From: Candidatus Multivoradales bacterium
GTDB lineage: Bacteria; Acidobacteriota; Thermoanaerobaculia; Multivoradales; JAHEKO01
DNA length: 64,000 nucleotides
Direction: 5' to 3'
Assembly: GCA_965248055.1 (NCBI GenBank)
Contig: CBDFIJ010000004.1
Coordinates: forward strand, 544,001 to 608,000
Shown here: in pieces, positions 50,454-59,738 of the stretch
Position numbering within the stretch: the stretch's first letter is position 1
Layout: each line of letters opens with the position of its first letter
Position numbers and translations under genes: made by a program
The notes under the pieces: generated by a model
Seen by the model: only the letters and a program-made list of their open reading frames with translations
Told to the model about the DNA's origin: nothing
The model's database searches: none

Positions 50454-50478
50454 GGCCCCGCGAAAGCCGGGCCTTTTT
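50454..50478 (+). terminator. Rho-independent terminator after the hsp20 remnant
   Basis: GGCCC..GAAA..GGGCC-TTTTT. Confidence 0.7.
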
Positions 50479-50523
50479 GTTGGCGTACCCAACCGCTGGT
50501 CAATACCGCATAGAATCCGGCCC

Positions 50524-50931
50524 GTGCAGAAAACCATCTCCATCCACGCTCCCGGTCAAGGCATGATCGAAATCACCGGCGAAATCGCCGAGGTGGTTTC
50601 TGAGGCAGATCTCGAGTTCGGTCTTTGTACCTTGTTTGTACGCCACACGTCGGCCAGTCTGGTCATCCAGGAAGCCGCCGACCCGGCGGCCCGCCACGAC
50701 TTGGAAACCTGGCTCGAACAGGTCGCCCCAGAGGATGACCTGATCTACACTCATACCGAAGAGGGGCCTGATGATATGCCCTCGCATATTCGAGCGATGA
50801 TCACGTCCACATCCGTCGTTATCCCCATCACCGACGGCAAACTCGCGCTCGGAACCTGGCAGGGGATCTTCTTGGCCGAGCACCGTCGCAATACTCGTCC
50901 ACGCCAGATAGTGGTGCATGTTTCGCCCTAG
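50524..50931 (+). CDS. yjbQ: YjbQ/UPF0047 family protein
   Basis: HTSASLVIQE.ADP, EGPDDMPSHI, LGTWQGIFLAEHR motifs. Confidence 0.92.
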   Translation: MQKTISIHAPGQGMIEITGEIAEVVSEADLEFGLCTLFVRHTSASLVIQEAADPAARHDLETWLEQVAPEDDLIYTHTEEGPDDMPSHIRAMITSTSVVIPITDGKLALGTWQGIFLAEHRRNTRPRQIVVHVSP

Positions 50932-50949
50932 TCCGCCAGAATCCGATCT

Positions 50950-51558
50950 ATGTTCAACACCGGTCGCATTCCAACTTGGGTCAAGTGGGCCTGGCTGGGG
51001 TGGCTGGCAGTTTGGGTGCCGATCTACTGGCAAGGGCTGGGGCCGATCAACTTTCTCTGGTTTTGCGACATTGCCAATTTCATCATTGGTATCGCTCTCT
51101 GGATCGAGAGCCCACTCTTGCTCTCCTCACAGGCGGTCGGCGTATTCCTGCTGCAGTGCGTTTGGTCGATCGATTATCTTGGTCGCTTGCTACTGGGGTT
51201 CCACCTGATCGGCGGCACCGAGTACATGTTTGACCCTAACCAATGGATCGCGGTGCGGATCTTGTCCACCTTTCATTTGTTCGTGCCGCTGATCCTGCTC
51301 TGGGCCTTGCGACGCTTGCGCTACCAACCCCAAGGCCTGTGGCTGCAGACCGCCTTTGCTGCTTTGGTCTTTCCACTGTCTTGGTTCGCCGGCAGTGAAC
51401 TCAACCTCAACTGGACCTGGCGTCCTTTTGGGTTTGAACAAGTGTGGCTTGCCCCCGCAGTCTTCTTGGGGCTATGCCTACCACTCGCATTCTGCATTCT
51501 CTATTGGCCCAGCCACAAGCTGTTCGGCTGGTGGTTTCCGGCCGAGCGGTCCGTGTAA
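50950..51558 (+). CDS. Integral membrane protein (uncharacterised)
   Basis: Multiple TMs; NFLWFCDIA, GGTEYMFD, LSTFHL conserved-looking motifs. Confidence 0.78.
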   Translation: MFNTGRIPTWVKWAWLGWLAVWVPIYWQGLGPINFLWFCDIANFIIGIALWIESPLLLSSQAVGVFLLQCVWSIDYLGRLLLGFHLIGGTEYMFDPNQWIAVRILSTFHLFVPLILLWALRRLRYQPQGLWLQTAFAALVFPLSWFAGSELNLNWTWRPFGFEQVWLAPAVFLGLCLPLAFCILYWPSHKLFGWWFPAERSV

Positions 51559-51665
51559 GCATGGTCGCGATCGACAGCAGATCACCATTCACTCTGACCC
51601 ACAGGAGGTCAGGAGGCGGATCAACATCCGGGATCAGATCCCCGACCTCCAAAACCCCCTCCCCA

Positions 51666-51870
51666 CGGGGATGACGATGCGAAATACCCGCCCTGCGGAA
51701 AGGACATGTCTGAGTTATCTGACGCGGGGTTAGAGGGAACCGGATGTCATCCCGCGCGGGGTTGGGGGGGCCGGTCGTCATCCCGGCGCGGGGATGACGC
51801 TGTGAAATACCCTCCGTAGGGGAATGACATTTCTGAGTTATCTGGCGCGGGGTTGGGAGGGAGGCCGGGA
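51666..51870 (+). repeat. Two ~80-bp imperfect direct repeats (123-bp period) with GGGATGAC/GTCATCCC inverted arms
   Basis: Units 51666-51744 and 51789-51870 share CGGGGATGAC, GAAATACCC, GACAT.TCTGAGTTATCTG.CGCGGGGTT. Confidence 0.85.
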
Positions 51871-51871
51871 C

Positions 51872-52558
51872 ATGGCAGAATCCCCCGAGCACACGAGCAA
51901 CCGTATGGCCACCCACGACACACCAACTTCTTCATTTCGCACCGGAACCTTCACCGTCAACGGTGAGGAAAACATCACCGCCTATCCGGTACACCACACC
52001 CTGCTCGAGGTGCTGCGTGAGCGCCTCAACCTGACCGGTACCAAACACGGTTGCGAGCTGGGTGAGTGCGGTACTTGCACGGTGTTGATCGACAACCGAC
52101 CGGTACTTTCCTGTCTGGTGTTAGCTGCGGACGCCGAGGACAAACCGATCGAGACCGTTGAAGGTCTACAGCACGGCAACCAACTGCATCCATTGCAAGT
52201 GACTTTCGCCGACCTCGGTGCGGCGCAGTGTGGATACTGCACCCCGGGACTTCTGATGGCGGCCAAACAACTGCTCGACGTTGCCCCAGACCCCACCCGC
52301 GATCAGGTCTCTGAAGCATTGGGCGGCAATCTGTGTCGCTGCACCGGCTACATCAAGATCGTCGAGGCGGTCGAAGCTGCGGCCAGAATACAGCGCGGTG
52401 AAGATTGGCAGATCGGCGGTGAGGCGGTCTTTGGGTTTCCAGAACCAGGATTCCCAGAACCCAGAACCCCGGAACCCGGACCCGTGGAACCAGCATCCCC
52501 AAAACCTAGCTCCCCGCAAGCTTCCCCAGAATCTGAGGATTCCGGAGAGGGCCGATGA
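51872..52558 (+). CDS. 2x[2Fe-2S] small subunit, xanthine oxidase family (HcrC-like), with Pro-rich tail
   Basis: GTKHGCELGECGTC, QCGYCTPG, GNLCRCTGY motifs. Confidence 0.92.
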   Translation: MAESPEHTSNRMATHDTPTSSFRTGTFTVNGEENITAYPVHHTLLEVLRERLNLTGTKHGCELGECGTCTVLIDNRPVLSCLVLAADAEDKPIETVEGLQHGNQLHPLQVTFADLGAAQCGYCTPGLLMAAKQLLDVAPDPTRDQVSEALGGNLCRCTGYIKIVEAVEAAARIQRGEDWQIGGEAVFGFPEPGFPEPRTPEPGPVEPASPKPSSPQASPESEDSGEGR

Positions 52559-55176
52559 GTTCAGACGCCAAAGTCCGACGCCAGGGATCAGTCCAGCCCC
52601 AGGGCCAATCTAGCGGCCAATCTGGCAGCCAGTCTCAGAACCAGAGTGAACCGCGCGTGGTCGGCACGCCATTTCGCAGGGTCGACGGGCGGGCCAAAGT
52701 CACTGGCGTCACCCAGTATGCCGATGATCTGACCTTCCCGCGCATGGTTTATCTCAAATTGGTGCGCTCCACGGTGCCCCACGCGCGCATCGTTTCGATC
52801 GACTTGTCCGAGGCTGAGCAAGTCCCCGGGGTGCTTGGATTCTTGACCGGCGAGGACATGCCCGAGACCTTCGGCATCTTGCCGGTCTCTCAGGACGAAC
52901 ACGCGTTGTGCCCGGACAAAGTGCGCATGGTGGGCGATCCGGTGGTGGCGGTCGCTGCGACCACTGAGGATGCGGCCATTGAAGCTGCGCTCCGGGTCCA
53001 GGTGGAGTATCAACCCTTAGACACTATCTCCAGCGTTGAAGAGGCCCTCGACCCAGACCTGCCGCTGATCCACGAAAAGGACGGTCCGCACGGCAAGCAT
53101 GCTGGCCCCGCCAATATCCACAAACGGACCTCGATGGAGTTCGGCCAGGTCGACTCGGCGATCGACTCCGCCGACTTGGTGCTCGACGACACCTTCTTTT
53201 TCGACGGCAACACCCACTTGGCGATGGAGCAACACGCCTCGGTCGCGGTCCCCGAGGACGAAGGACGGATCACCCTTTACTCCTCCACCCAGACTCCGCA
53301 CTACGTGCATCGAGCCTTGGCGCGGGTGCTGGAGCTCCCCGCTTCTCGCATTCGGGTGATCGCCTGCTCCAACGGCGGCGGGTTCGGCGGCAAGAGCGAT
53401 CCCTTCAATCACGAAATCGTCGCTGCCAAGATGGCCCAAAAGCTGGGCAGGCCGGTCAAGGTCACGCTGACGCGAGAGGAAGTTTTCTACTGCCACCGCG
53501 GACGGCACCCGGTATTGATGCAGATGAAGACCGGATTCGACAGTCGCGGCAACATCCTCGGTCAACATTTGAAAACCGCGCTCGATGGCGGCGCCTACGG
53601 CAGCTACGGCGTGGCCTCTACCTACTACACCGGGGCGCTGCAGACCGTCACCTACAAGATCCCTCACTATCGATTTGACGGCGTACGTGCCTTTACCAAC
53701 AAGGCGCCTTGTGGCCCCAAGCGCGGTCACGGCACACCCCAGCCTCGCTTTGGTTGGGAAGTACAGCTCGACAAAGCGGCGCATCGACTGGGCATCGACC
53801 CGGTCGACATCCGCATGAGGAATCTGATCGCCCCAGACACCATCACCGCCAATTGGCTGCAGTTGGGCACCGTCGGTCTGGGTCGCTGCATTGACGCGGT
53901 GGTCGCCGGCAGTGGTTGGCGTGAGCGCTACGGCAAGCTACCCGAAGGCCGCGGCCTCGGAATCGCCTGCGGTTCCTACATGTGTGGCGCTGGGCTACCG
54001 ATCTACTGGAACCACATGCCGCAGTCTGGAGTGCAGATCAAACTCGATCGTTCCGGCGGCGTTGCGGTCTACTGCGGACAGGCGGAAATCGGCCAGGGAT
54101 CAGACAGCGTGCTGGCGGCGATGGTCGCCGAAGTGTTGGGTATCGAGCTAGACGACATCCGCCTGTGCGTCGCCGACACCGACCTGACGCCAGTGGACTT
54201 AGGCAGCTATTCGTCCCGCGTGACCTTGATGATGGGCAACGCAGCGCTGCAGGCAGCGGAGCGTGCCAAGGAACTGATCGCCAAGGGTGTGGCCCAGCGC
54301 TGGGAGATCGACCCGCAACAGGTCGAGTTCTTGGGCGGTGAAGTCTTCGATCGCGACAACCGAGACAACACGGTGAGCTTCCAGGACGCGGTGATCGAGG
54401 CCGAGGCGCGCTTTGGCACCATGGCGACCACCGGCTCCTACATTCCGCCCCGTGCTCCGGGGAAGTTTCGCGGCGCCGGAGTCGGCCCCTCCCCCACCTA
54501 CTCCTATACCGCGGCGGTGGTCGAAGTGGAGGTCGATCCCAGCACTGGTATCTATCGACCGCTGCACGTCTGGATCGCCCACGACATCGGTCGCTCGGTG
54601 AATCCAGCCCTGGTCATGGGTCAGGTCGAAGGCTCGGTCTATATGGGTCTGGGTGAAGCGATGATGGAAGAGCAAGTCTACCGACGCCTGCCTAAGAAAC
54701 TCTCTGGAGCGTTAGTCCACAAACACCCTTCGCTCTTGGAATACAAGAGCCCAACCTTTCTCGAAATGCCCGAGGTCACCACCTACTTGATTGAGGACCC
54801 CGACCCCGAAGGCCCGATGGGGGCCAAAGAAGTCGGACAGGGGCCGCTGCTACCGATGCCTCCAGCGTTGGCCAACGCCATTTTCGACGCGGTCGGCGTG
54901 CGGGTCGACCAAATCCCAATTCATCCGTCGCACGTCTTGGCGGCCTTGGAAGCCAAGGCCAAAGGTAATGAAGCCCGATTCGGTCCTGGCTCCTTTCCAG
55001 AGGTCGACTTCGGTGAGATCTTGGAAGTGCCAACTCCGGAACAAGGTGGGGATGGTCGAGCGATTAGCGACTACCGGCATCAGTTGCGCGGTGGCATGCG
55101 CTCCTCAGTGGGCACCATGACCACCCGGGAAGAAGCCCTGAAAGCCAAAGACGCGGCCCTGACGACTAAGAACTAA
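52555..55176 (+). CDS. Molybdopterin-binding large subunit, xanthine oxidase family (4-hydroxybenzoyl-CoA reductase alpha-like)
   Basis: GGGFGGK, GPKRGHG, EIGQG, SYSSR, GAKEVGQ motifs; between Fe-S and FAD subunits. Confidence 0.88.
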   Translation: MSSDAKVRRQGSVQPQGQSSGQSGSQSQNQSEPRVVGTPFRRVDGRAKVTGVTQYADDLTFPRMVYLKLVRSTVPHARIVSIDLSEAEQVPGVLGFLTGEDMPETFGILPVSQDEHALCPDKVRMVGDPVVAVAATTEDAAIEAALRVQVEYQPLDTISSVEEALDPDLPLIHEKDGPHGKHAGPANIHKRTSMEFGQVDSAIDSADLVLDDTFFFDGNTHLAMEQHASVAVPEDEGRITLYSSTQTPHYVHRALARVLELPASRIRVIACSNGGGFGGKSDPFNHEIVAAKMAQKLGRPVKVTLTREEVFYCHRGRHPVLMQMKTGFDSRGNILGQHLKTALDGGAYGSYGVASTYYTGALQTVTYKIPHYRFDGVRAFTNKAPCGPKRGHGTPQPRFGWEVQLDKAAHRLGIDPVDIRMRNLIAPDTITANWLQLGTVGLGRCIDAVVAGSGWRERYGKLPEGRGLGIACGSYMCGAGLPIYWNHMPQSGVQIKLDRSGGVAVYCGQAEIGQGSDSVLAAMVAEVLGIELDDIRLCVADTDLTPVDLGSYSSRVTLMMGNAALQAAERAKELIAKGVAQRWEIDPQQVEFLGGEVFDRDNRDNTVSFQDAVIEAEARFGTMATTGSYIPPRAPGKFRGAGVGPSPTYSYTAAVVEVEVDPSTGIYRPLHVWIAHDIGRSVNPALVMGQVEGSVYMGLGEAMMEEQVYRRLPKKLSGALVHKHPSLLEYKSPTFLEMPEVTTYLIEDPDPEGPMGAKEVGQGPLLPMPPALANAIFDAVGVRVDQIPIHPSHVLAALEAKAKGNEARFGPGSFPEVDFGEILEVPTPEQGGDGRAISDYRHQLRGGMRSSVGTMTTREEALKAKDAALTTKN

Positions 55177-55196
55177 CCACTGACCACTAACCCAAA

Positions 55197-56219
55197 ATGC
55201 TACGCCTACCGCCCTTTCACTACTCCACCCCTGATTCTCTCGAGGAAGTGTTGCGCATTCTCGACGGCGAAGGACCCGGCGCGCGGGTGGTGGCCGGGGG
55301 CACCGATCTGTGGCCCAATATGAAGCGTCGCCACCAGAAAGCCGAGCACGTGGTGAGCCTGATGCGAGTGCCGGAGCTCAATAGCGTGACCAACGGCAAC
55401 GGATTGACAATCGGTGGCACCGCTCTGCTGGCCGATATCGCCGAGCACCGGAAAGTGCTCGGTGACTACCCAGGGTTAGCCACCGCCATCCGCTCGATCT
55501 CTTCTCCACCGCTACGCCAAATGGCAACCCTTGGCGGCAACCTGCTGGTCGACACCCGCTGCACCTACTACAACCAAACCGAGGAATGGCGTCGGTCGAT
55601 TGACTACTGCATGAAGGAGGATGGGACCGTCTGCTGGGTGGCTCCGAGTTCGCCGCGCTGCTGGGCCCATTCAGCCTCCGACTCTGCTCCCATGCTCGCC
55701 GCCCTGGGCGCTGAAGTCACCCTAGTTTCGACGCACGGCAAACGCCGCATCCCGGTCGCCGATTTGTACCGCAACGACGGCATTGAATATTTGGCTCTGG
55801 CTCCAGGCGAGATTCTCACCGCGATCCACCTAGACCCAGAATCAGCCGCACCCAACTGTCGATCGGCGTTCTGGAAACTACGCCGCCGAGGCTCGATCGA
55901 CTTCGCAGTACTCTCGGTCGCCGTCGCCGCGCGATTTGAAGAAGACGGCGAGACCGTCAAGCAATGCAACATCTACCTCGGAGCCGTCGCCTCCCTACCG
56001 CTACACATTCCGGCGGACTCGTTGACCGGGCATAGCCTGGACGAAGAACGCATCGCCGCCGTCGCCAGCCAAGCGCGCAAACTAGCGACCCCGATGGACA
56101 ACACCGATTTTCTGGCCCAGTGGCGGGGGAAGGTCGTGACGTCGTATGTCACCGCGGCGTTGCGAGAAGTCGCCGGACGTGAGCCGGGGATTCTGGCTCC
56201 AGCGCACCGACAGTTGTAG
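55197..56219 (+). CDS. FAD-binding subunit with [4Fe-4S] insertion (HcrB-like)
   Basis: AGGTDL, ATLGGNL; insert RCTYYNQ...CMKEDGTVC...RCWA; KLRRRGSIDF. Confidence 0.88.
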   Translation: MLRLPPFHYSTPDSLEEVLRILDGEGPGARVVAGGTDLWPNMKRRHQKAEHVVSLMRVPELNSVTNGNGLTIGGTALLADIAEHRKVLGDYPGLATAIRSISSPPLRQMATLGGNLLVDTRCTYYNQTEEWRRSIDYCMKEDGTVCWVAPSSPRCWAHSASDSAPMLAALGAEVTLVSTHGKRRIPVADLYRNDGIEYLALAPGEILTAIHLDPESAAPNCRSAFWKLRRRGSIDFAVLSVAVAARFEEDGETVKQCNIYLGAVASLPLHIPADSLTGHSLDEERIAAVASQARKLATPMDNTDFLAQWRGKVVTSYVTAALREVAGREPGILAPAHRQL

Positions 56220-56370
56220 GGCGCCTCGCCTTCTGCACCTCTCAGTAAAAGCCATCTAGGTCACTTACGATGAACCGCTTCGGTCAGACAACTTCTTTTT
56301 CTATTTCAAGCCCAGCTTCGAACAAACTGCCACACGCTGGCGTCAACGCGCACAGGCACACCAGCACGCA

Positions 56371-56386
56371 TGGCATGGCCCTTGCT
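56371..56386 (+). promoter_or_regulatory. Sigma54 (-24/-12) promoter
   Basis: TGGCAT-GGCCC-TTGCT matches TGGCAC-N5-TTGCW with exact spacing. Confidence 0.7.
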
Positions 56387-56472
56387 ATTTTGTGAAACAT
56401 GACGAAGTCAACTTCTAACCTGATTGCAGAGAACGGGGACAATATCAAGTACGCGACGGATAGGGAGAAACA

Positions 56473-57297
56473 GTGACAGTTTCAAACAGGGCTAACGTAA
56501 ACAAACCACATTGGGGCAACCGAAACCACTGGCGGCCCATTAACGCATTTGTGTTCTTACTAGGCCTCAACGCCTCACTCCTTCTTGCCGCTCCAATCCA
56601 AGCAATTGACACATCAAGCGGCAGCAAAGGAGCGGCGACAAAAGTCTGGGAGTTGTCCTATGGAGGGGACACTTTCGTTGTACGCGAGACCATTGGGCGC
56701 GATATCAGCATCGATGGGGTAACAGCGACCTATCACCATCTGGATAGCCGCGGGAACACAACCACAACGTTGCGCGGCGTTGACGAGCACGGCCACTTTG
56801 AAGTAGTGGGTTGGGAAGCCAAGGAAGCCGCGCATCTTCCTGAAAATCGGCAATACTTGCTCAAGTTTCCACTCGAGTTAGGAACGCAATGGAACTCCCG
56901 CCAATACTTCTACCCCCAGTCACAATCTTTGAACTTGGCAGGAAAGCACGGCAACCAGCGGCCGCAGGCAATCTATGTAGACAGACCCTCAGTCCGATCA
57001 ATGACACTGAACCACCAAATTGTTGCGCTGGACGAATCAATTACCGTTCCCGCCGGCACGTATGGCGGCTGCATGAAAGTGCAAACTAAGGGCATCTTTC
57101 ACTCACGCGTGTCGCAACGAGATGATCCCGCGCAACGAACAACCTACCGGTATTTGCGCATAGATTGGTGGGCGCCGGGGGTCGGCATCATTCGCACTGT
57201 CACGACCGAAGACTCTGACAATGTCTCAAGAAATCAGTTACGGGAGTCTTCAATACATCTTGTTTCGAGCACACAGACGACAAGTCCGTCTCAATAG
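56473..57297 (+). CDS. Hypothetical exported protein
   Basis: Signal-like N-terminus; 'LLKFPLELGTQW', 'ITVPAGTYGGCMKV', 'WWAPGVGIIR' beta-rich motifs. Confidence 0.72.
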   Translation: MTVSNRANVNKPHWGNRNHWRPINAFVFLLGLNASLLLAAPIQAIDTSSGSKGAATKVWELSYGGDTFVVRETIGRDISIDGVTATYHHLDSRGNTTTTLRGVDEHGHFEVVGWEAKEAAHLPENRQYLLKFPLELGTQWNSRQYFYPQSQSLNLAGKHGNQRPQAIYVDRPSVRSMTLNHQIVALDESITVPAGTYGGCMKVQTKGIFHSRVSQRDDPAQRTTYRYLRIDWWAPGVGIIRTVTTEDSDNVSRNQLRESSIHLVSSTQTTSPSQ

Positions 57298-57452
57298 CGG
57301 CTGGGGCGCGATGCCGTCGGCCGGCATTTGTGGTTGGTCTCGTACGTCACTGTTACTCTGCGCAAAGTCGGCATGAATGAGCCGCCGGGCTTGGCGTGTT
57401 CAAGGGGCTGGAACTAACCCGACCTACTCACAAACTACGGCTTGACAGACCA

Positions 57453-57562
57453 CCAAACGTTAAGCTGAAATTTGACCACATCGCCATCGGCGACCAGATA
57501 CTCCTTGCCCTCATGGCGCAGGGTGGCGTTATCGCAGCACGCGGCTAGAGAGCCGGCTTCGA
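57453..57562 (-). pseudogene. 3'-terminal remnant of ychF
   Basis: 'IEAGSLAACCDNATLRHEGKEYLVADGDVVKFQLNV' resembles the YchF C-terminus (LRLEGKEYVVQDGDV..FRFNV). Confidence 0.72.
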
Positions 57563-57564
57563 TC

Positions 57565-57910
57565 TCAAGGCCCCAATAGCCACCCTGGGGCAGATGAAAT
57601 ACTGTGTTCTTCCATAAACTCAAGAATACCCTGATAGCCGAGATTACGTCCTAGACCACTCTGTTTGAAACCGCCAAACGGCGCTCTGCTGTCTTGTGCC
57701 ATCGGCCCGTGCGCATTCAAATAGGTATATCCGGCGTGCAACCGGCGAGCGAGACCCAACGCGCGTTGGGGGTCTTCCGTCCATACAGAGGAGCAGAGAC
57801 CAAATTCTGAGTCATTCGCCATTTCCACCGCAACCTGCTCATCGTCGAATGGAATGATCGGCACCACGGGTCCAAATTGTTCGCTATTGACCACCTTAAA
57901 GGACGCATCA
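57565..57910 (-). pseudogene. 3' fragment of aldehyde dehydrogenase, copy of 61511-61854, truncated at the IS256 end
   Basis: About 13 mismatches in 344 bp by manual alignment with the intact gene. Confidence 0.92.
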
Positions 57911-59341
57911 GAGTCAATCCCATTCCTAGTTGAAACAATTCACGGCTCCGGTTGATTTAGGCCGCTCTTGCGGCCACTTCCTTGTTTTCGATCTTCAGTT
58001 TCCTCATCAAGGCTTCTCGTAGTTGCGGCAAGTGACGGTAGCCCATCACTCGTCTCAGCCGCGGTTCGATATCCAGCAGTGCGGTGGCCAGCCAGCGTTG
58101 CCGTTGGTTGGAATTTTTCCAGTAGTCGATCTTGGCGCAGCGGGCCTCGACAGCTGCATTGATCGACTCAAGACAATTGGTAGTTTTAAACGAGCGACCC
58201 AGGACCCCGTAGAGTCCTAGTTGATGCAGCGTCAAGGTCTCTTCCAGCCCTTCTCTCAGGCTGGCCGCCGCTGACTGGTTGCGATCTTCCAGCTCGTGGC
58301 GGAGCTCCTCAAGCGCAGTCTTAGCCTCCTCGTATTCTGGTCGGTTGTAAGCTCGCTGCAACCTCTGGCGCCACAGCGCCTGTTCTCCCTTGGGTAAATA
58401 GCTGACCACGTTCTCACGCTTGTGCCACTGGCAGCGTTGCACCAGGGCTCGACCCTTAAACGCCTTGGCAACGGCCGAGCGTAATCCCTTGCCACCATCA
58501 ATGATCACCAGCAAGCCCTGGGAAATGTCGAGACCTCGCTCGATGAGTGAGCGCAGAAAGGGCGTCAACACCTTCTCGTTCTCGGTACCCGTCTCGACAA
58601 AGCCCAGGAAGCGTTTATCTCCGCTGGCCGTGATGCCCAAAGCCACTACCATCGTGGTGTCAGCAAACGTCTTACCGTCCAAGAACAGAGCAACCACATC
58701 CTCTCCACCGAGGTCGCGTTGCTGAAACTCTTTGAGCTTGGCTGCGCTGGCCTCAATGAAGCCACGCGAGACCGTCGAGCTAGACAGCCCGATGGCACCT
58801 GGAATCGACTCCGCTGCCGCTTCGTAGTCACGGCATGAGATTCCGTAGAGCACCCGCCTTAGGAGTAGATCGTTGGCCTCCCGGTCGTTGCCCAGGGCTT
58901 CGTAGCTCGAGAGTGGAATCTCTCCCCCTGAAACACTGCGGACCCGAGGCACTTGGATCGGCACTCGTTGGCCAGCAAGGCCCACCGTGCCGGGGTTACT
59001 CCCGTGACGCCGACCTTGTGTTGATGACTCTTTGCGCGCGTATCGCTCCCCTGCTAGAGACGTCACTTCCTGGTTCAGCAACTCATGGATGTGCATCAAA
59101 CCTATTGGCACCAAAGAGCGAATTAGATCCACTTTGGTGTCCAGTTCAAGAGCAGCGTAGTGGCTGTGGCTCACGACTTCGACCTCACCCAGCTTGCGAT
59201 TCTTCTTGCGTTTCTTGACTCTATGTAAAACACTCATCTATCGGCTCCTTTTCTCGTTGTGGCTTGATGGCCTCTTGGAAATTCCATCAAATCACGGGTT
59301 GAGGAGCCGTTTCAAATTTCAACTAACTTTAGGACACACTC
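57911..59341 (-). mobile_element. IS256-family insertion sequence with 39-bp imperfect terminal inverted repeats and no target duplication
   Basis: GAGTCAATCCCATTCCTAGTTGAAACAATTCACGGCTCC versus reverse complement GAGTGTGTCCTAAAGTTAGTTGAAATTTGAAACGGCTCC. Confidence 0.88.
57957..59237 (-). CDS. IS256/Mutator-family DDE transposase
   Basis: VPRVR, GISCRD, LFLDG, IIDGGKG, QRCQWH, TTNCLES motifs. Confidence 0.93.
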   Translation of the reverse strand: MSVLHRVKKRKKNRKLGEVEVVSHSHYAALELDTKVDLIRSLVPIGLMHIHELLNQEVTSLAGERYARKESSTQGRRHGSNPGTVGLAGQRVPIQVPRVRSVSGGEIPLSSYEALGNDREANDLLLRRVLYGISCRDYEAAAESIPGAIGLSSSTVSRGFIEASAAKLKEFQQRDLGGEDVVALFLDGKTFADTTMVVALGITASGDKRFLGFVETGTENEKVLTPFLRSLIERGLDISQGLLVIIDGGKGLRSAVAKAFKGRALVQRCQWHKRENVVSYLPKGEQALWRQRLQRAYNRPEYEEAKTALEELRHELEDRNQSAAASLREGLEETLTLHQLGLYGVLGRSFKTTNCLESINAAVEARCAKIDYWKNSNQRQRWLATALLDIEPRLRRVMGYRHLPQLREALMRKLKIENKEVAARAA

Positions 59342-59551
59342 GGCCCGCCTATAGCAAGGGACTCCGGCAATACAGCAACTCATTAGAGTTGAAAATCTCA
59401 AACAAAGAGATATTGGCATTGTCAACCAATGAAACAGAAAGCACCATCAGTAAGTAACTATGCAATCCCTTGCAAAAAGCGTTTTAAAGTGTCCGATGTT
59501 CTGAATCCGTTATTCGGGTGGCACCACTCCCCACTCCCTACTGGTTCTACT

Positions 59552-59585
59552 GGTTCCAGGTGAATTGTGGGAGATCTCCAGAGTG
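59552..59585 (+). repeat. 34-bp motif copy 1: GGTTCCAGGTGAATTGTGGGAGATCTCCAGAGTG
   Basis: Identical to 61177-61210. Confidence 0.93.
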
Positions 59586-59678
59586 GAGCCGCATTCGCCT
59601 CCAGCGTCGTCGAGTCCACCCCCAGCGTCTTGCCCTTCAACAGTCCAAACTTGGACAGCATGCCCAGGATCCGAACTG
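59586..59678 (-). pseudogene. Internal fragment of a DDE transposase (IS1182/IS5-like)
   Basis: 'GLLKGKTLGVDSTTLEANAA' first catalytic Asp motif. Confidence 0.7.
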
Positions 59679-59699
59679 GGTTCCAGGTGAATTCTGGGA
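59679..59699 (+). repeat. Motif copy 2 (20/21 match): GGTTCCAGGTGAATTCTGGGA
   Basis: Directly visible. Confidence 0.85.
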
Positions 59700-59738
59700 C
59701 GTCGGCTCCGGCCTCTTGTGGTTAGGTGGGCAACACGA

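Noticed and set aside
52555-55176. Aerobic CO dehydrogenase CoxL
   Set aside because: Lacks the AYXCSFR/AYXGAGR active-site loop; has PKRGHG and a [4Fe-4S]-insert FAD subunit instead.
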